From an uncultured Pelagibacteraceae bacterium (GTDB lineage: Bacteria; Pseudomonadota; Alphaproteobacteria; Pelagibacterales; Pelagibacteraceae), in assembly GCA_902557215.1 (NCBI GenBank), contig CACDZM010000004.1:8831-72830 (forward strand): a stretch of DNA of 64,000 bases, read 5' to 3'. This document shows, in pieces, positions 59,219 to 64,000 of this stretch (position 1 is its first letter; the number at the start of each line of letters is the position of its first letter). Under the pieces are notes generated by a model. That model was not told the origin of the DNA. It saw only the letters and a program-made list of their open reading frames with translations, and made no database searches. A program made the translations under genes and the position numbers.

Positions 59219-60145
59219 ATGTTTTCAGTAGTTTTTCCTGGACAAGGCTCTCAAGCGGTGGGTATGGGAAAACTCTTTTATGAAAAATATAATTTAGTTA
59301 GAAATTATTTCAAAGAAGCTGATGATTCTTTAAATTTTTCACTGTCTAAGCTTATATTAGAGGGACCGAAATCTGATTTAGACTTAACTTTAAATACACA
59401 GCCGGCAATTTTTCTTATTAGTTACTCAATTTTTAATGTTATTAAAAAAGAATTTAATATTAATTTAAATAAAGCTAACTTTTTTGCAGGGCATTCTTTA
59501 GGTGAATATTCAGCACTATCTTGCGCTGGGTATATAAAATTTTCTGATACGATTAAAATTCTGAAAATAAGGGGTGAGGCAATGCAAAATGCAGTACCAA
59601 AAGGCATTGGAGGAATGGTTGCCATTTTGGGTAGTACCATAAAAAAGATAGAGGACATAATATTAACCAACAAAGAGAATTTTAAAATCCAAATTGCAAA
59701 CGATAATTCAGTTGGTCAAATAGTAGTCAGTGGAAAATTGAGCGATTTAGATAAATTTATTGAAATTTTAAAATTGCAAGGTATCAAAAATATAAAACTC
59801 CCTGTAAGCGCACCATTTCATTGTGAATTAATGGATAGTGCCACAAAAATAATGAGCAATGAAATTAATAAAATTAATTTCAATAAGGGATATAATGTTT
59901 TGATGTCTAATGTAACTGCTGATAAGATAAGTGAAATTAGCGAAATAAAAAATTTATTAATTAAACAAATTGGAAATAGAGTGAGATGGAGAGAAAGTGT
60001 AATTAATATGATAGATAATGGAGTTGATAATTTTGTTGAAATCGGTCCGGGTAAAGTTTTATCTGGATTAATAAAAAGAATTAATAAAGATGTAAAAGTT
60101 CAATCAATAAATAACGAAGACGATATAAAGAAATTGAGCATATGA
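59219..60145 (+). CDS. fabD: Malonyl-CoA:ACP transacylase
   Basis: FPGQGSQ, TQPA, AGHSLGEY, LPVSAPFH, EIGPGKVL. Confidence 0.98.
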   Translation: MFSVVFPGQGSQAVGMGKLFYEKYNLVRNYFKEADDSLNFSLSKLILEGPKSDLDLTLNTQPAIFLISYSIFNVIKKEFNINLNKANFFAGHSLGEYSALSCAGYIKFSDTIKILKIRGEAMQNAVPKGIGGMVAILGSTIKKIEDIILTNKENFKIQIANDNSVGQIVVSGKLSDLDKFIEILKLQGIKNIKLPVSAPFHCELMDSATKIMSNEINKINFNKGYNVLMSNVTADKISEISEIKNLLIKQIGNRVRWRESVINMIDNGVDNFVEIGPGKVLSGLIKRINKDVKVQSINNEDDIKKLSI

Positions 60146-60882
60146 TCAAGGATATAAATAATCTAAATATCATAGTCACTGGTGCAACTGGTGGAATAGG
60201 TAATTCAATAGTCGAAAATCTTTATAAAGCTGGAGTAAACGTCTTAGCAACAGGGACCAATTTAGAGAAACTAGAATTATTAAAAAAAAAGTTTGATAAA
60301 ATTAAGACTCTACCGTTTGATATTTCGCAACATGATAAAATTGAAAAATTCATAAATGATTCAACTGAATTATTGGGTGGGAATTTAAATTGCCTAATTA
60401 ATAATGCTGGAGTCACTAAAGATAATTTGGCAATTAGAATGAATACTGAAGAATGGACTAAAGTAATCAATATAAATCTTACCTCAACATTTCTAATGAG
60501 TAAATTTGCAATAAAAAAAATGTTAAAAAACAAATTTGGCAAAGTCATAAATATTACATCAGTTGTCGGTCACACAGGAAATATAGGTCAATCAAATTAT
60601 ACTGCTTCAAAAGCAGGTATTATAGCAATGTCTAAAAGCTTAGCTTTAGAATATGCAAAAAAGAATATAAATGTAAATTGTATCTCGCCAGGATTCATAA
60701 GCACTGCAATGACTGATAAAATTGATGAGAAATTCAAAGAATCAATAATATCAAAAATACCAGCAAGCAGATTAGGAAAACCAGAAGATATAGCAAATGT
60801 GGTAGTTTTTTTAGTCTCGCCGAAATCAGACTATATAAATGGGGAGACAATTCATGTTAACGGTGGCCTGTATTTAGGTTGA
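60142..60882 (+). CDS. fabG: 3-oxoacyl-ACP reductase
   Basis: TGATGGIG, NNAGVTKD, GN.GQ.NYTASKAG, G.TIHVNGG; between fabD and acpP. Confidence 0.96.
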   Translation: MIKDINNLNIIVTGATGGIGNSIVENLYKAGVNVLATGTNLEKLELLKKKFDKIKTLPFDISQHDKIEKFINDSTELLGGNLNCLINNAGVTKDNLAIRMNTEEWTKVININLTSTFLMSKFAIKKMLKNKFGKVINITSVVGHTGNIGQSNYTASKAGIIAMSKSLALEYAKKNINVNCISPGFISTAMTDKIDEKFKESIISKIPASRLGKPEDIANVVVFLVSPKSDYINGETIHVNGGLYLG

Positions 60883-60931
60883 CAAAAAAACAATTTCATC
60901 TAAGAACAAAATATAACAATAAAGGATTAAT

Positions 60932-61171
60932 ATGTCTGACGATATTTCAAGTAAAGTAAAAAAAATAGTTGCTGATCATTTAGGAATAGATGAAGCAAAG
61001 GTTACTGACGACTCTAGTTTTATTGATGATCTTGGAGCAGATAGCTTAGATACAGTTGAGTTAGTGATGGCTTTCGAGGAAGAATTTGGTTCTGAAATTT
61101 CAGATAGTGAAGCTGAAAAAATCTTAACAGTAGGTGATGCTGTTAAATTTATTGAAGGCAAAAAAAATTAA
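60932..61171 (+). CDS. acpP: Acyl carrier protein
   Basis: [20 protein letters not shown]; AAGGA RBS. Confidence 0.99.
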   Translation: MSDDISSKVKKIVADHLGIDEAKVTDDSSFIDDLGADSLDTVELVMAFEEEFGSEISDSEAEKILTVGDAVKFIEGKKN

Positions 61172-61180
61172 AATATCCTA

Positions 61181-61813
61181 ATGCCATTAAATAATGATGG
61201 AATTATGGTGATTTTATCATCTCCATCAGGGGCAGGCAAAACTACACTTGTCAAACTTTTATCAAAAAGAAAAAATTTTAAAATCTCTATTTCTCACACA
61301 ACAAGAAGACCTAGAGAAAGTGAAATACCTAACAAAGATTATTTTTTTGTTGATGATATTGAATTTAAGAGGCTTATTCAAAATGAGGAATTTTTAGAAT
61401 ATGCAAAAGTATTTAATCATCTTTATGGCACTAGTAGATCACCTGTTATTAGTAATCTTCAAAAAGGAAAAAATGTGATCTTCGATATTGATTGGCAAGG
61501 TGCGGATCAGATTAGAAATAAAAAATTAGATTACAAATTAATTACCTTTTTTTTGTTACCTCCTAGCAAAAAGATCCTTTTTGAGAGATTGTCTAACAGA
61601 GATATGAAAGATAAACTTATTGCAGAAAATAGAATGAAAGAATTTAGTAGAGATGTTCTTCATTGGATTAATTATGATTATGTCATTATAAATGATGATT
61701 TAGAGAATTGTTATAAAAAAATTGATTGTTTAATTGATGCTGAACTAAATAATGGACCTAAAGATTATGATAAAGATTATATTAGAAAGCACATTGAAAA
61801 ATTAACTATTTAA
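61181..61813 (+). CDS. gmk: Guanylate kinase
   Basis: [19 protein letters not shown]....DY.F, YGT, DIDWQGA. Confidence 0.97.
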   Translation: MPLNNDGIMVILSSPSGAGKTTLVKLLSKRKNFKISISHTTRRPRESEIPNKDYFFVDDIEFKRLIQNEEFLEYAKVFNHLYGTSRSPVISNLQKGKNVIFDIDWQGADQIRNKKLDYKLITFFLLPPSKKILFERLSNRDMKDKLIAENRMKEFSRDVLHWINYDYVIINDDLENCYKKIDCLIDAELNNGPKDYDKDYIRKHIEKLTI

Positions 61814-62590
61814 TTTTTCGTATTCTTTAACAATATTACAATAAGTTTCTAATGACAAATTTTGTGGCCTTAGATTAAGATTAAGTTCTAATCTATCTGA
61901 TATTTCTTGATAATTGTTGAATAATTGTTTTAATGGATTTTTAATAATTTTTCTTCTCTGGTTAAAAAAAATTCTAGTAACCATTTCTAAATTTTTACTT
62001 TTGTTAATTTGAAAATAATTTATTTTTGGCGTGAAATGAACTAAAGAACTATCTACTTTAGGTTTTGGAATAAAACTATTTGGGCTTATATCAAATAGTT
62101 TATTAATATTCATTTTCCAATTAAGAAGAATAGACAATCTTCCATAATTTGAGGTATTAATTTTAGAAATTATTCTATCAGCAACTTCTTTTTGAAACAT
62201 TAGTATCAACTCAGAAAACCAAAAATTTTTCTCTAATTTTAAGATCCAATTACAAATAATCTCTGTTGAAATATTATATGGTAAGTTACCAAAAACGATT
62301 AATTTTTTATTTGAAATATTTTTTTCATCAATTTTGAGAATGTCTTCATTTCTTATTTCAACTTTATTTTGGAATTTTAACTTAAGTTGATCACACAGAG
62401 ACTTGTCTTTTTCTATCAAGAATATCTTATTAGGTTTATTCTTTAAAATATATTCTGTTAAGTTACCTGTACCAGGCCCTATTTCTAAAACATCCTTATC
62501 GAAAACGTTTGATATAGATATTATTTTTTTTATAATATTTTTATCAATTAAAAAATTTTGGCCTAAACTTTTCTTAGCTTTTATTAACAC
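61802..62590 (-). CDS. rsmA: 16S rRNA dimethyladenosine transferase RsmA/KsgA
   Basis: [40 protein letters not shown]. Confidence 0.97.
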   Translation of the reverse strand: MLIKAKKSLGQNFLIDKNIIKKIISISNVFDKDVLEIGPGTGNLTEYILKNKPNKIFLIEKDKSLCDQLKLKFQNKVEIRNEDILKIDEKNISNKKLIVFGNLPYNISTEIICNWILKLEKNFWFSELILMFQKEVADRIISKINTSNYGRLSILLNWKMNINKLFDISPNSFIPKPKVDSSLVHFTPKINYFQINKSKNLEMVTRIFFNQRRKIIKNPLKQLFNNYQEISDRLELNLNLRPQNLSLETYCNIVKEYEKLNS

Positions 62591-63538
62591 TTATTTGTTT
62601 AAAAATTTTATCGCCTTAAAAAGACTGTTCGGATTAGACTTATTTTTTAGAAACATTTCCATGTTAGGTCCATGATCTGGTGAAATTCTTATAAACGGCA
62701 ATCCCAACGTTATATTAATTGCATCAAAACCAAATATTGATTTAATTGGTGCAAGCACTTGGTCATGGTACATGCCAATTATAACGTCAAACTTTTTTAT
62801 TTTTTCTTTTAAAAAAATAGTATCTGCAGCATAAGGGCCACTTACTTTAAATTTTTTTTTTGATAAATATCTTATTGACGGTATTATTATCTTTTCTTCC
62901 TCACTATTATTAAAATTACTTTCACAATGAGGATTTAGACCTGTGATTGCAATTTTTGGTTTAAAATTAAATTGTTTCAAATAAAATTTAGTGATCTGTC
63001 CAACATGATTTATTATTTTTTTCTTATTTATATGTTTATAAACGTTTTTTAAAGGAAGATGAGTTGTTAGAGGACTTACAGATAATTTTTTATTATAAAT
63101 TAACATAACCGTTTTGCCATTTCTTTTAGTTTTGAAGTCCAAGTATTCTGTAATTCCTAAAAAATTTTGCTTTAAAATTTTTTTTTTATTGATTGGTCCA
63201 TTGATTAAATTTGCCCCTTTATTTTTTTTTATAATTGATAAGGCCTTTTCAAATGAGTCATATATATATTTAGAAATATACTTTTTATCGTATGGGACAT
63301 GAATAATATTAATTTCTTTCTTAGATAAATTTTTAAAATTCAAGTTATTTGAGTCTAATTCATTTATCTTAAATTTATACTTTAAAGCGCTCATCTGCTC
63401 TAATAATATTTTTTTATTAACAACTAAAATTAGAGGTTTGTTTGACTTGATTTTGTTGACTGACTTGAAATAAATTTCCAAAAAAATACTTTTAGGGTCT
63501 CCAGCTATTACTATTATAGGTTTAAAATTTTTCAACAT
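62591..63538 (-). CDS. pdxA: 4-hydroxythreonine-4-phosphate dehydrogenase
   Basis: GDP, GPINK, TTHLPL, GLNPH, GPYAADT.F, MYHDQ, NITLGLPFIR.SPDHG. Confidence 0.93.
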   Translation of the reverse strand: MLKNFKPIIVIAGDPKSIFLEIYFKSVNKIKSNKPLILVVNKKILLEQMSALKYKFKINELDSNNLNFKNLSKKEINIIHVPYDKKYISKYIYDSFEKALSIIKKNKGANLINGPINKKKILKQNFLGITEYLDFKTKRNGKTVMLIYNKKLSVSPLTTHLPLKNVYKHINKKKIINHVGQITKFYLKQFNFKPKIAITGLNPHCESNFNNSEEEKIIIPSIRYLSKKKFKVSGPYAADTIFLKEKIKKFDVIIGMYHDQVLAPIKSIFGFDAINITLGLPFIRISPDHGPNMEMFLKNKSNPNSLFKAIKFLNK

Positions 63539-63998
63539 ATGCCTTGTTTTTAATTTCTTTATAATAGATTATTGAATATTCATTTAATATTCTATCTCTT
63601 TCAAAAGAAATTAATCTTTCCATTTCTTTTTTTTTGTCAATCTTAGCGTTAACTTTCTTTTTATCATTAACTTTAAGAAAAATTATTCCTCCTGCTGTAA
63701 TTATTGGTTTTGAAAATTCACCTATTTCTAAATCTTTAATAGCAACAAAAATTTTTCCTGAAATCTGGTTTTGATTAACCCAACCTACTTCTCCACCGAA
63801 TTTTGAACTTTCGGATATACTATGTATTACAGCTGCGTCTTTAAAACCAATAGTTTGAATTGAGTTTATAATTTCTTGGGTTTTTTTACTTATTTTTTCC
63901 CTATTTTTTTCTAAAAAGATTATTTCCGATAAATTAAAACTTAAAATTTCTGAATTACTTTTTATTAATTCATCTAATACGTCATTAATTTTATTAGG
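63522..63998 (-). CDS. surA: SurA-like parvulin peptidyl-prolyl isomerase, 3' part (5' end beyond window)
   Basis: Manual translation: ...FNLSEII...GFKDAAVIHSISESSKFGGEVGWVNQNQ...LEIGEFSKPIITAGG...KAYVEKF*; canonical position upstream of pdxA-rsmA. Confidence 0.8.
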   Translation of the reverse strand, partial: PNKINDVLDELIKSNSEILSFNLSEIIFLEKNREKISKKTQEIINSIQTIGFKDAAVIHSISESSKFGGEVGWVNQNQISGKIFVAIKDLEIGEFSKPIITAGGIIFLKVNDKKKVNAKIDKKKEMERLISFERDRILNEYSIIYYKEIKNKAYVEKF

Positions 63999-64000
63999 AT

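Noticed and set aside
2120-63302. Many short antisense ORFs in the track (e.g. 2120-2509, 3395-3739, 44982-45200, 50475-50942, 55333-56232, 60222-60548)
   Set aside because: Nested opposite well-supported genes, with shadow-like F/L/I/S-rich composition and no motifs.
1-64000. CRISPR arrays, tRNA/rRNA genes, IS elements, additional riboswitches
   Set aside because: No repeat-spacer periodicity, cloverleaf motifs or transposases seen; intergenic gaps are very short. An Rfam/tRNAscan search would be needed to exclude small RNAs fully.

Overview
AT-rich, extremely gene-dense bacterial chromosome segment whose gene content, tiny intergenic gaps and tandem glycine riboswitch before gcvT point to a SAR11/Pelagibacterales alphaproteobacterium (inferred, no database search). 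It is mostly core genome: ppc, umuDC, tolC, recA, alaS, icd, psd-pssA, rlmE, guaB/guaA, panB, a TRAP transporter beside pxpABC, gcvTHP, gshAB, purF, dnaB, rplI-rpsR-rpsF, fabD-fabG-acpP-gmk, rsmA-pdxA-surA. No tRNA, rRNA, CRISPR array, transposase or phage genes were seen. Most notable: (1) a candidate furan/methylated fatty-acid cluster (FAD oxidoreductase, DUF1365, CFA-like methylase, DUF3833, SDR, TspO) starting 3 nt after gcvP, so possibly under glycine-riboswitch control; (2) a DMT transporter plus AGAT-type amidinotransferase that could supply glycine; (3) a metal-independent NAD+ formate dehydrogenase beside an HPP transporter; (4) an orphan PhnZ-like diiron HD protein; (5) LexA boxes at umuD and recA, and a GANTC-repeat/DnaA-box element; (6) two 21-23 bp bidirectional, apparently leaderless promoters; (7) a +1 frameshift in an A8 run of guaA, probably an assembly error; (8) an IMPDH lacking CBS domains.
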